The notes: a model not told the origin generated them from the sequence alone. Counted from the stretch's first letter, positions 10,187-18,629 are shown. The stretch: DNA of 48,964 bases from an uncultured Prevotella sp. (GCA_900769055.1 CAAGFF010000140.1:1-48964); one strand, 5' to 3'. Made by a program: numbers and translations.

Positions 10187-11171
10187 GCTGGGCATTTCTT
10201 CCATCTCAGCCCAGGGACGTGGCCGACGTCCTATGACGGAGTTTACCACAGATACGGCAATGGTCCATGACCCCGTCATGGCATACGAGGACGGCCTGTA
10301 TTATATGTTCTCTACCGGTATGGGCATCCAACTCATGACATCATCTGACCGCCGTTCCTGGACATTCAAGCCCAGTGGTGTCATGGGGCGTGATGGAGTT
10401 CCTGCCTGGACTCACGATAGTGTTCCGGGGTTCCGCAACCATGTGTGGGCACCCGATATCTTCCGTTTCAACAACAGATGGTGGATTGCCTACAGTTGCT
10501 CAACATTCGGCAGGAATACCTCTGCCATAGGACTGATTAGCTCACCCACGCTCTCGGCACCAGAATGGACTGATGAGGGATGCGTCATCGCCAGCAGGCA
10601 GGAACGCAACAACTGGAATGCCATAGATGCCAACATTTGTGCTGATGCCACAGGGCGGCCATGGATGACTTTCGGAAGTTTCTGGGATGGTATTCAGATA
10701 ATTCCCCTTGACAGCACCATGCATGCTGCCAGTACACCCAAGACCATTGCCCGCAGATGGGGCGACAATCGTCCTCATGGTGGCAATCCTACTTCTGAAT
10801 ATGCTGGCGAGAACGCCATCGAGGCACCCTTCATATTCCATAAGGACGGCTGGTATTTCCTCTTCGTCAGCTGGGACTACTGCTGCCGTGGCGAGAAGAG
10901 CACATATCGGGTGGCTGTAGGTCGGAGCCGCACCATTACCGGCCCATATCTTGACCGCACCGGCAAGGACATGGCCGTAGGAGGAGGAACCCCGTTCTTC
11001 GGTGGTGATGGTGTGTCGTTGCAGGCTGCTGGCCATTGTGCGGCCTATTCCTTCCCTGATGGTGACATCTTCATATGCCATGGCTACAGCGTTGCCCACG
11101 ATGGGGCAGCAATATTGGTGCAGAGAAAGATTAGCTGGACAGACGATGGATGGCCGACTGTAGAGCCATAG
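10152..11171 (+). CDS. GH43 arabinan endo-1,5-alpha-L-arabinosidase, secreted
   Basis: VHDPV, WAPDI, NAIDAN, FGSFWDGI, AIEAPFI, DYCCRG, YRVAVGRS; N-terminal signal peptide. Confidence 0.88.
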   Translation: MLRLLVLFCFIELGISSISAQGRGRRPMTEFTTDTAMVHDPVMAYEDGLYYMFSTGMGIQLMTSSDRRSWTFKPSGVMGRDGVPAWTHDSVPGFRNHVWAPDIFRFNNRWWIAYSCSTFGRNTSAIGLISSPTLSAPEWTDEGCVIASRQERNNWNAIDANICADATGRPWMTFGSFWDGIQIIPLDSTMHAASTPKTIARRWGDNRPHGGNPTSEYAGENAIEAPFIFHKDGWYFLFVSWDYCCRGEKSTYRVAVGRSRTITGPYLDRTGKDMAVGGGTPFFGGDGVSLQAAGHCAAYSFPDGDIFICHGYSVAHDGAAILVQRKISWTDDGWPTVEP

Positions 11172-11197
11172 TTTGATAACCGTATATTATAGCAGAT

Positions 11198-11776
11198 ATG
11201 ACTGTTGTTGAAATAATATTGCTGGCTGTAGCCCTTGCCATGGACTGCTTCACTGTCTCCATAGTGTTTGGTGTCCTGCTTCGCCGTTACGATTGGCGTA
11301 CCATTCTCACAACGGCTTTTCTTTTCGGACTCTTCCAGGCACTAATGCCGTTGGTGGGCTGGCTATGTACGGCAAAGTTGAGTACGTATGTTGAGAATGT
11401 CGACCACTGGGTGGCATTTGGCCTGCTGTCGTTCCTTGGAGGAAGGATGATAGTGGAGTCATTCAAGGACGATGATGCCGACCATCATTTCAATCCCTGC
11501 AACATAAAGACGCAGCTGACATTTGCCGTAGCAACGAGCATCGATGCGCTCGCCGTGGGAATCTCCCTCGCATGCCTTGGCTATACCTCCATGCCAACGC
11601 TTGTCATGCCCCTTGCCGTCATCGGCTTTGTCTCTCTTGCTTTCAGCATAACAGGCAGCATCCTTGGCATACGCTTTGGAAAGGGTGTGGCAAAACGCAT
11701 GAGACCGGAACTTGTCGGTGGTACCGTTCTTATAGCTATAGGACTGAAAGTCCTCTTTGAGCATCTCTTCGGATAA
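11198..11776 (+). CDS. mntP: Manganese efflux pump MntP family
   Basis: ALAMDCFTVS, FGLFQALMP, DHWVAF, ATSIDALAVG. Confidence 0.9.
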   Translation: MTVVEIILLAVALAMDCFTVSIVFGVLLRRYDWRTILTTAFLFGLFQALMPLVGWLCTAKLSTYVENVDHWVAFGLLSFLGGRMIVESFKDDDADHHFNPCNIKTQLTFAVATSIDALAVGISLACLGYTSMPTLVMPLAVIGFVSLAFSITGSILGIRFGKGVAKRMRPELVGGTVLIAIGLKVLFEHLFG

Positions 11777-11845
11777 TCCCGCAAAGATAGAAGGTGGGAA
11801 GTAATGGAACCACCAGAACAATATATTGATTTTAATGACCATAAT

Positions 11846-13132
11846 ATGATAAACCGTCTATTACGATTTCTTGATGACTCGCCAGTCAACTTTCTGGCAG
11901 TAAGAAACATTGTTGCAGAGCTTGAACAGTCGGGCTACACTCGTTTTGATGCCCGTGATGCCCTTGCTGATGTTCGGCCTGGAAGCAAGTTTTTTGTGAC
12001 GAAGAACGATTCGTCGGTATATGCTTTCCGCATAGGCAGTAAGCCGCTCGCAGAAGTAGGCTTCCGCATGATATGCGCCCATTGCGATTCTCCGACATTC
12101 CGGATAAAGCCCAATGCGGAGATGCTCTGTGAGGGAGGTATCGTGAAGCTCAATACCGAGGTGTATGGAGGCCCGATAATGTCAACGTGGTTTGACCGTC
12201 CGCTAACACTTGCCGGTCGTGTGATAGTCCGGGGTGAAAGTCCTTTGGAGCCTCGCACGTTGCTAATGCATGTGCGCAGGCCTCTTCTTCAGATAAGCAA
12301 CCTTGCCATACACTTCAACCGTCAGGTGAATGATGGTGTGAAGCTTAGCCGGCAGAAAGACATGCTGCCACTGCTGGGAATGGTGACGGACGAACTGGAG
12401 AAGGGCAATATGCTCCTTGGTGTCATCAGCAATGAGCTTGGCATAAGCCAGGACGAGATACTTGACTTCGACCTTTATCTCGCTGACGCGACTCCAGCCT
12501 GCCTCTTCGGCGTTCACGGCGAGTTTATTTCCTCGGGCCGTCTTGATGACTTGTCTATGTGCTACGCAGGACTTGAGGCATTAACGGGCACGTCTGATGG
12601 CGAGGTTACCAGCGTGTTGGCCATCTTCGACAATGAGGAGACAGGCTCGCAGACTAAACAAGGAGCGGGCAGTCCTTTCCTCTCCTCGCTTCTGCGCCGC
12701 ATAGCCATTGCACAGGGAGGGGGCGAGGAGGACTATTGGCGCTCGGTAGAGAAGGCCTTCATGGTTTCTGCCGACAATGCCCATGCCTGGCATCCCAACT
12801 ACAGCGAGAAGTATGACCCCACGAACCATCCCGTCCTGGGTGGTGGCCCTGTGATAAAGTTCAATGCCGCGCAGAAGTATGCCAGTGATGCCGTCTCGGC
12901 ATCTGTCTTCTCGGAGATATGCCGCAAGGCAGGTGTGCCATGCCAGCGTTTCGTCAACCATAGTGATGTTGCTGGTGGAAGCACCCTTGGCAACATACTT
13001 GCCTCATCGATACCTCTTCGTGGTGTCGACATGGGCAACGCCATCCTGGCCATGCACAGCTGCCGCGAGACGGGAAGCGTGGCAGACCACGAATACTGTG
13101 TCAAGGCATTTAAGACCTTCCTGAGCGAATAG
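11846..13132 (+). CDS. apeB: M18 family (aspartyl) aminopeptidase
   Basis: AHCDSP, EVYGGP, WFDRPL, RLDDL, FDNEETGS, SADNAHAWHPNY, GGSTLG, MHSCRE; start MINRLL at 11846 preferred. Confidence 0.92.
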   Translation: MINRLLRFLDDSPVNFLAVRNIVAELEQSGYTRFDARDALADVRPGSKFFVTKNDSSVYAFRIGSKPLAEVGFRMICAHCDSPTFRIKPNAEMLCEGGIVKLNTEVYGGPIMSTWFDRPLTLAGRVIVRGESPLEPRTLLMHVRRPLLQISNLAIHFNRQVNDGVKLSRQKDMLPLLGMVTDELEKGNMLLGVISNELGISQDEILDFDLYLADATPACLFGVHGEFISSGRLDDLSMCYAGLEALTGTSDGEVTSVLAIFDNEETGSQTKQGAGSPFLSSLLRRIAIAQGGGEEDYWRSVEKAFMVSADNAHAWHPNYSEKYDPTNHPVLGGGPVIKFNAAQKYASDAVSASVFSEICRKAGVPCQRFVNHSDVAGGSTLGNILASSIPLRGVDMGNAILAMHSCRETGSVADHEYCVKAFKTFLSE

Positions 13133-13192
13133 AGAGAAATCAAAGATCAAGGTGTGTCTTATCTGACGCGAAGTAGTAAAGTAGCAAATAAG

Positions 13193-13340
13193 AAAACGGC
13201 GGTTTTTATCCCGAAAAACGGCGTTTTACAAAAATAAAACAGCGGTTTTCACTCAGGAAAACGGCGTTTTTCAGACCGAAAACCGCTGTTTTTCACATCG
13301 AAAACCGCTGTTTTTCACACCGTAAAACCAGCGGTTTTCT
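13193..13340. repeat. Seven palindromic AAAAC-(n)GC(n)-GTTTT units with ~22-bp period
   Basis: AAAAC starts at 13193, 13215, 13236, 13258, 13279, 13301, 13324. Confidence 0.85.
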
Positions 13341-13370
13341 CATCACTCCCTTACTGTAATTTTTAAATTC

Positions 13371-13641
13371 TTCTACCACACCTGCCACAAAGGGGTTAAA
13401 ACATTGGTACACAAATATTTAGTTGGTGGTAGATGGTGTGGTAGGTGTGGTAGAATATTTTTACTTTAACTAAAAATGCTTGAAATACTGCCTTTTTTCG
13501 TAACGTTTTTCAAAATAATAGCACGAAATGTACCGTAAAACCCCAAAAGTAAAAATATTCTACCACATCTACCACCCTTCTACCACCACTTAAACGCTTA
13601 GTATACAGATTGTTATATAGTGTTGTGGTAGGTGTGGTAGA
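13371..13641. repeat. Nested inverted array of CTACCAC/GTGGTAG iteron-like motifs with a 30-bp inverted repeat
   Basis: 13438-13467 vs 13546-13575 are reverse complements at 29/30 positions; further motif clusters at 13371-13388, 13426-13432, 13580-13589, 13625-13641; AT-rich spacers. Confidence 0.8.
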
Positions 13642-13802
13642 TGAATTCGCAAAAAAACATGGTATGTAAGGTAGAAGTTTATTGAAACCATCATAAAAAC
13701 ATCCCTGGAGCCGTTGCCCCAAGGATTTGCGTTTCCATGCTTTAATGGAATATGGAGTATATGTTTGAGTTGTTATCACGTAGCCGTGGAAAAGCGCACC
13801 AT

Positions 13803-13821
13803 AAAAAAAGTGGGTTACCAC
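13803..13821 (-). terminator. Weak intrinsic terminator closing the candidate ncRNA
   Basis: Minus strand GTGG-TAAC-CCAC followed by T7. Confidence 0.4.
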
Positions 13822-14123
13822 ATCTGTCAATCCGCTACTTAGGCCCTGAGAAGCCTTCCCTGGAACTGACAGAGTGATACCCACATCGTATGTGTCGTGT
13901 ATCCATAAAGTGTGCGTGAGGACATGGTAAGTCCTCGCAGCACACCCCGGGATACAGTCATAGCATACCCGTAAGCATCCACTATAGACCTTATTCCGTA
14001 GGGATATTGAGTTTCTCAGGTTCAAGCAGCCCGGAACAGATCGTTTGTGACGCGTTTCTGTAAAAAAAGTTGTCCGCCGCCTATTTGTAGGCTAATGTTA
14101 TACCCTCATAGAGTGCGGATTGT
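13803..14123 (-). ncRNA. Candidate structured non-coding or leader RNA (~320 nt), family unassigned
   Basis: Starts right after TACCTTTG and ends in a hairpin plus U7. Nested helices CAAUCCGC/GCGGAUUG, CCUGAGAA/UUCUCAGG, UCCCU..GGAA/UUCC.AGGGA, GAUGCUUAC/GUGGGUAUC, GUAUG/CAUAC, UGUAUCC/GGAUACA, GUGUGC/GCACAC, GAGGAC/GUCCUC. No credible long CDS. Confidence 0.6.
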
Positions 14124-14124
14124 G

Positions 14125-14132
14125 CAAAGGTA
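14125..14132 (-). promoter_or_regulatory. Bacteroidetes -7 promoter element driving the candidate ncRNA
   Basis: Minus strand TACCTTTG-CA; divergent from the HAD gene promoter; no clear -33 element. Confidence 0.6.
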
Positions 14133-14206
14133 ATTGTTTTATTCGAATTGACGAAAGAAAGGCGAGAAAAAAAGTAGGTATTGTTCTTTTATCTGATTTT
14201 TTGTAC

Positions 14207-14214
14207 TATCTTTG
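14207..14214 (+). promoter_or_regulatory. Bacteroidetes -7 promoter element for the HAD hydrolase gene
   Basis: TATCTTTG-CA about 40 nt upstream of ATG 14256. Confidence 0.6.
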
Positions 14215-14255
14215 CATAAACATTCTACGAATGTGGTAATCCTAACCCGATAACT

Positions 14256-14969
14256 ATGCGAGAAGCTATATATTCCGGAGACATCCGTGCCGTTGTGTTC
14301 GATGCCGACGATACGTTGTGGGACTGCCAGTCTCACTTTGAGCTCGTGCAGGAGCGTTACTGCCGCCTGCTATCTTCCTACGGCCTTACTCCAGAGTCTG
14401 TTGGCGACAGCCTGTATGCTACAGAATGCCGCAACATGCCGTTGCTGGGCTTTGGTGTGAAGGCGTTTACCATTTCACTAATAGAGAACGCATGTGCAAT
14501 GACGCATGGCACCATCAGTGGCTCTGACATAATGGAGATAACCGATATGGGACGTAGCCTGCTGACGTTTGATGTGCGTCCGTTTGCAGGTGTCAGCGAG
14601 ACCCTGTCGTGGTTAACCAGGTTTGATGGTGTCAGAGTGGCATTGTTCACCAAAGGAGAATTGCTTGACCAACAGTCGAAACTCCAGCGCTCGGGCTTGA
14701 AGGAATATTTTGAAGTTGTCGATATTGTCAGCGATAAGACATCGGATGCCGTACTCTCTCTTTGCCGGCGAATGGGCGTGGAGCCCTGCCGGACGCTCGT
14801 TGTCGGCAACTCCTTCAAGAGCGATGTGCTCCCGGCAGTAGAGGCTGGGGCAAAGGCGGCATACGTGCCATCACGATATCTGTGGCAGTATGAGTCGGTA
14901 AAGGAGTTTGAGCATCCAGAAGTGAGGACTTACCGAAGTGTGGCGGAGATATTCGGAGTGGCTTATTGA
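14256..14969 (+). CDS. HAD superfamily hydrolase
   Basis: Motif I VFDADDTLW, TKGELLDQQSKL, VGNSFKSDVLP. Confidence 0.9.
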   Translation: MREAIYSGDIRAVVFDADDTLWDCQSHFELVQERYCRLLSSYGLTPESVGDSLYATECRNMPLLGFGVKAFTISLIENACAMTHGTISGSDIMEITDMGRSLLTFDVRPFAGVSETLSWLTRFDGVRVALFTKGELLDQQSKLQRSGLKEYFEVVDIVSDKTSDAVLSLCRRMGVEPCRTLVVGNSFKSDVLPAVEAGAKAAYVPSRYLWQYESVKEFEHPEVRTYRSVAEIFGVAY

Positions 14970-14974
14970 CAATT

Positions 14975-15103
14975 TCGGATAATTCGGGATATCGAATAAT
15001 CGAGAGATCGGGTTGTCGGGTTGTCGAGTTATCGAGATGTCGAGTTATCGAGTAATCGAGATGTCGAGTTCTCGAGTAATCGAATTATCGGGTAATCGGG
15101 AAA
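14975..15103. repeat. Degenerate octamer tandem repeat (TCGRRNNN) x16
   Basis: TCG recurs every 8 nt from 14984 to 15096 (15 units), plus one at 14975. Confidence 0.9.
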
Positions 15104-15126
15104 AATAATAACTAAAAAAATCAGAT

Positions 15127-17628
15127 ATGAGAAAACTAATTACTACATGCTGCTTGTTGCTGTCGGCGATGGCGGCAGTGGCTCAGGAAGAGATGAGCGT
15201 GTTCCGTACGTGGGCGCTGACACCGCCAATGGGCTGGAACTCTTGGGATTGTTACTATTCGTCAGTAACCGAAAAGGAAGTTATGCAGAATGCCAAGTAC
15301 CTTGTTGACAATGGCCTGGCAGAGCGTGGCTGGCAGTATGTAGTCATAGACATCCGCTGGTATTGCGACCATCCCTCGCTGGGTGGTGGACAATACAACG
15401 AGACGGGCAACCAGGGATATGTTCTCGATGATTATGGACGCTACCTGCCCTCGCCCCGCCGTTTCCCGTCCGCCATTCGCGATGGTGTAAACTGCGGCTT
15501 CAAGGCCATTGGCGACAGCCTCCATGCCATGGGGCTGAAATTTGGAATACACATCATGCGAGGACTGCCTAAGGCCGTTGTCGGCTCTGCATACAAGCTG
15601 AAAGGTTCTGAGCAGACACCATGGAGCAGCGTATATACCAGCACCGTGCCTGCATGTACGTGGCTCAAGGACAATCTCACCGTCAGTGACAACGAGTACG
15701 GACAGCTGTATTACAACAGCATCATGGACCTCTATGCCTCATGGGGAGTGGACTTCATCAAGGTTGATGACCTGTCACGTCCGTTCCATGCTGATGAGCT
15801 GCGTATGATAAGACGTGCCATAGACCAGACGGGACGCCCGATAGTGCTGTCCCTGAGTCCTGGCAAGACTATGTACCAGTATGCCGCCGACTGTCTTGAA
15901 AATGCCAACATGTGGCGAATGATGGACGACCTGTGGGATAACTGGAGCCATGTGGATGCCGTCTTCAATGAGGCGAGAGCATGGTCACAATACTACCGTC
16001 CGGGTAACTATGCCGATTGTGACATGCTGCCGCTGGGGCAGATTGCCATGACTATCGGCGACCCGGGATATACCTCGGCGCAGAGTGGCCGTTGGACTAA
16101 TCTGACTCAGGACGAGCAATACTCGCTTATGACACTATGGGGCATCTGTCACTCGCCGCTCTTCTTCGGTGGTGAGATGACGAAGAATGACGCGTTCACG
16201 CTGTCGCTTCTTACCAATGACGAATACCTCTACATGCACGCATACGGAGAGAATGCCCATGAGGTGATGTGCGATGAGGACCGTGGTCAGGTGGCATGGA
16301 CATCTGAAGATCCTGCCACGGACAACAGGTATCTGGCACTCTTCCAGCGCGACAACAACAGATGGGTGGTTGGAGCCAAGGCTCTTTATAAGTCGGAGAC
16401 CGTGGCATATACCACCGACGGTCATGCCGTTGACGTTGATATAGAATGGCCTGAGGGCAGCAAGACTCTTGTGCTGGTGGTCGATGATGCTGGGGATAAC
16501 TACAATTACGACCATGCAGACTGGATTAATCCCACATTGGTGCTCAGAGATGGCACCGAGGTGGAACTTACGGGCACTTACCGCAGCCGCGTGTATACCG
16601 ACTCTTATTTCAATAGGGTATATGAGAACAAGAATGTAGAAAATGGCGGAAAGATGAAGGTGCTGGGAACGGCATACGACCGTGGCTTCTCTACAGATGC
16701 CAATGCGGCCATCTTCTTTACCATCCCCGATGATATGGATGTGGTAAGATTTAAGGCTATGGCCGCCGCCGATGACTCTGGCATCAACCAGACAGGCTCT
16801 ACCACGAGCATCCGCTTTATGGTCTTCGACACCAATCCTCTTACTGCCGAGCAGGATGACTGTGCAGCCCGCACAGGAGTTATCTCAAGGTCTGGTACGA
16901 AGAGTGCCACTGTAGAGGCTGACATAACAGGTGCTGACCAGCTGCGCATTGTTGTGAGCAACTGTGGCGACGGCTTTGCATACGACAGAGCAGACATCGT
17001 TAACCCCGTGCTGGTGGATGCTGAAGGCAATGAGACCAAGCTCACAACACTAAAACCAACATCGTATACCTCCGATTGGGGTACGCTGCATACCAATGCC
17101 AATGTCGAGGGCGGACCGCTGAAGATTGAGGGTAGGACCTATGCCAACGGTTTGGGCGCCAATGCGCAATGTACCATCATTTATGACTTGCCTCAAGGAC
17201 ACAACTACGTTAGGTTCAAGGCTCTCTGTGGCTACGACTCAAGTTGCGATACCGACAATCCTTCGTCATCTGGCACGACAATGGAATTTCTGATATATGC
17301 TGACAAGAGCAACGATGACTTTGCGTTCGACCTCACACTGTTGGGATATGGTGCGGATGAGCCTGTGCCCGTATATGACGTGTGGAGTGGCGAGGCGCTT
17401 GGCACGTTCACAGGTACTGTCAATACTACGGTCCGGAGCCATGGAGCCCGCCTGCTAAGGCTTGGCAATGAGATACCGGATGGTATCAGGATTCAGCATG
17501 ATTCCTCCACAACGGCGGGAAATGCCACGGCTGATGGCGGGTGGTATAACTTGCAGGGAGTGAAGACCGATAGCCCTACAAGGGGCATATATATTAAGGA
17601 TGGTAAGAAAATATTAAAAAGACAATGA
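15127..17628 (+). CDS. GH27 glycoside hydrolase (alpha-galactosidase / beta-L-arabinopyranosidase) with NPCBM-like modules and probable T9SS-type C-terminal tail
   Basis: TPPMGWNSWD, YVVIDIRW, GLKFGIH, WGVDFIKVDD, ADCDMLPLG; repeated LVVDDAGD..YDHADW / IVVSNCGDGFAYDRAD modules; tail WYNLQGVK..RGIYIKDGKKI; signal peptide. Confidence 0.88.
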   Translation: MRKLITTCCLLLSAMAAVAQEEMSVFRTWALTPPMGWNSWDCYYSSVTEKEVMQNAKYLVDNGLAERGWQYVVIDIRWYCDHPSLGGGQYNETGNQGYVLDDYGRYLPSPRRFPSAIRDGVNCGFKAIGDSLHAMGLKFGIHIMRGLPKAVVGSAYKLKGSEQTPWSSVYTSTVPACTWLKDNLTVSDNEYGQLYYNSIMDLYASWGVDFIKVDDLSRPFHADELRMIRRAIDQTGRPIVLSLSPGKTMYQYAADCLENANMWRMMDDLWDNWSHVDAVFNEARAWSQYYRPGNYADCDMLPLGQIAMTIGDPGYTSAQSGRWTNLTQDEQYSLMTLWGICHSPLFFGGEMTKNDAFTLSLLTNDEYLYMHAYGENAHEVMCDEDRGQVAWTSEDPATDNRYLALFQRDNNRWVVGAKALYKSETVAYTTDGHAVDVDIEWPEGSKTLVLVVDDAGDNYNYDHADWINPTLVLRDGTEVELTGTYRSRVYTDSYFNRVYENKNVENGGKMKVLGTAYDRGFSTDANAAIFFTIPDDMDVVRFKAMAAADDSGINQTGSTTSIRFMVFDTNPLTAEQDDCAARTGVISRSGTKSATVEADITGADQLRIVVSNCGDGFAYDRADIVNPVLVDAEGNETKLTTLKPTSYTSDWGTLHTNANVEGGPLKIEGRTYANGLGANAQCTIIYDLPQGHNYVRFKALCGYDSSCDTDNPSSSGTTMEFLIYADKSNDDFAFDLTLLGYGADEPVPVYDVWSGEALGTFTGTVNTTVRSHGARLLRLGNEIPDGIRIQHDSSTTAGNATADGGWYNLQGVKTDSPTRGIYIKDGKKILKRQ

Positions 17629-18629
17629 CTCTGGAAAACCCGTATATCAGACAGTTCCCTGACCTGATGAGGGGAAAGAAGATAATGTATATCCACGGCT
17701 TTGGCTCGTCGGCCAAGTCTGGAACGGTGAAGCGCATCCAGGATGCGCTTCCCAATGCCGTGGTGATAGCTTACGACATGCCATTGCATCCTGCTGAGGC
17801 CATGGCTCTGCTGCGTGATGTGTGCGCAAAGGAAAAGCCTGACCTCATAATAGGAACCTCCATGGGCGGCATGTATGCCGAGATGCTCTACGGCATCGAC
17901 CGTATCTGCGTAAACCCTGCTTTCCAGATGTTTGAAACTATGAAGGAGCATGGCATGACAGGAAAGCAGCTATGGCAGAACCCGCGTGCTGACGGCGAGA
18001 CGGAGTTTATCGTTACCAAGGCTCTGGAAAAGGAGTATAGGGACGTGTGTATGAAGTGCTTCGAACATGCAGCCGAAGACGACGGGCATGTTTATGGGCT
18101 GTTTGGTGACTGCGACCCCGTGGTGCATACTTTCGACCTGTTTTGCGGGCATTATACCCAGGCCATGCACTTCCATGGCGAGCATCGCATGGATGATAGT
18201 GCCTTCCTGCATGGTGTTGTGCCTGTGATAAGATGGATAAGCGACAAGCAGGAGGGTAGGGAGCGTCCATGCCTATATATTGCCGCCGATACCCTGAAAG
18301 ACAGTTTCGGACGGCCTAAGTCGAGCATGGTGAAGACATACGAGCAGCTCATTGAGACTTTTGATGTCCGTATAGTAGCTCCATGCCCCACCAACCGCCA
18401 TCACGACATTGATGCAATGATGACGTGGACGGAGGAATATCTGTCCACCCCTGCCCACGACAGGGTGATATTCACCAATCAGCCGCAGAACCTCATTGGC
18501 GACTATCTCATAAGCGCAGCACCATGCAGCAGCTTCATGGGTACGGTGATAGAGTTTGGCAGTGACACTTTCAAGACTTGGGAAGACATCAAGGTGTTCT
18601 TCAGCCGTATTGTCAATACTCTGTCTTGA
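17625..18629 (+). CDS. YqiA/YcfP-like alpha/beta esterase fused to a degenerate 5'(3')-deoxyribonucleotidase-like domain
   Basis: MYIHGFGSS, GTSMGG nucleophile, VNPA, GEHR; C-terminal W.EEYL..RVIFTNQ..LIGDYLI resembles NT5C; ATGA overlap with the upstream gene. Confidence 0.75.
   Translation: MTLENPYIRQFPDLMRGKKIMYIHGFGSSAKSGTVKRIQDALPNAVVIAYDMPLHPAEAMALLRDVCAKEKPDLIIGTSMGGMYAEMLYGIDRICVNPAFQMFETMKEHGMTGKQLWQNPRADGETEFIVTKALEKEYRDVCMKCFEHAAEDDGHVYGLFGDCDPVVHTFDLFCGHYTQAMHFHGEHRMDDSAFLHGVVPVIRWISDKQEGRERPCLYIAADTLKDSFGRPKSSMVKTYEQLIETFDVRIVAPCPTNRHHDIDAMMTWTEEYLSTPAHDRVIFTNQPQNLIGDYLISAAPCSSFMGTVIEFGSDTFKTWEDIKVFFSRIVNTLS

Noticed and set aside
11172..11197. yybP-ykoY manganese riboswitch upstream of mntP
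   Set aside because: Only 26 nt separate mntP from the upstream gene, too short for the riboswitch.
13193..13340. CRISPR array
   Set aside because: Units of about 14 bp with 6-9-bp linkers, mixed orientation and no cas genes.
13839..13961. 40-codon ORF inside the RNA as a type I toxin (MTVSRGVLRG...)
   Set aside because: No hydrophobic transmembrane stretch and it is buried in the rod; no support for translation.
13510..14025. 171-aa ORF on the minus strand
   Set aside because: TTG start, no recognisable motifs, and it runs through the RNA rod and the iteron repeats; probably a shadow ORF.
13803..14123. Retron msr-msd, 6S RNA, tmRNA or RNase P assignment for the structured RNA
   Set aside because: No reverse transcriptase nearby, no large central bubble typical of 6S, no tRNA-like ends, and no GAGGAAAGUCC RNase P signature. 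Left unassigned pending cmscan.
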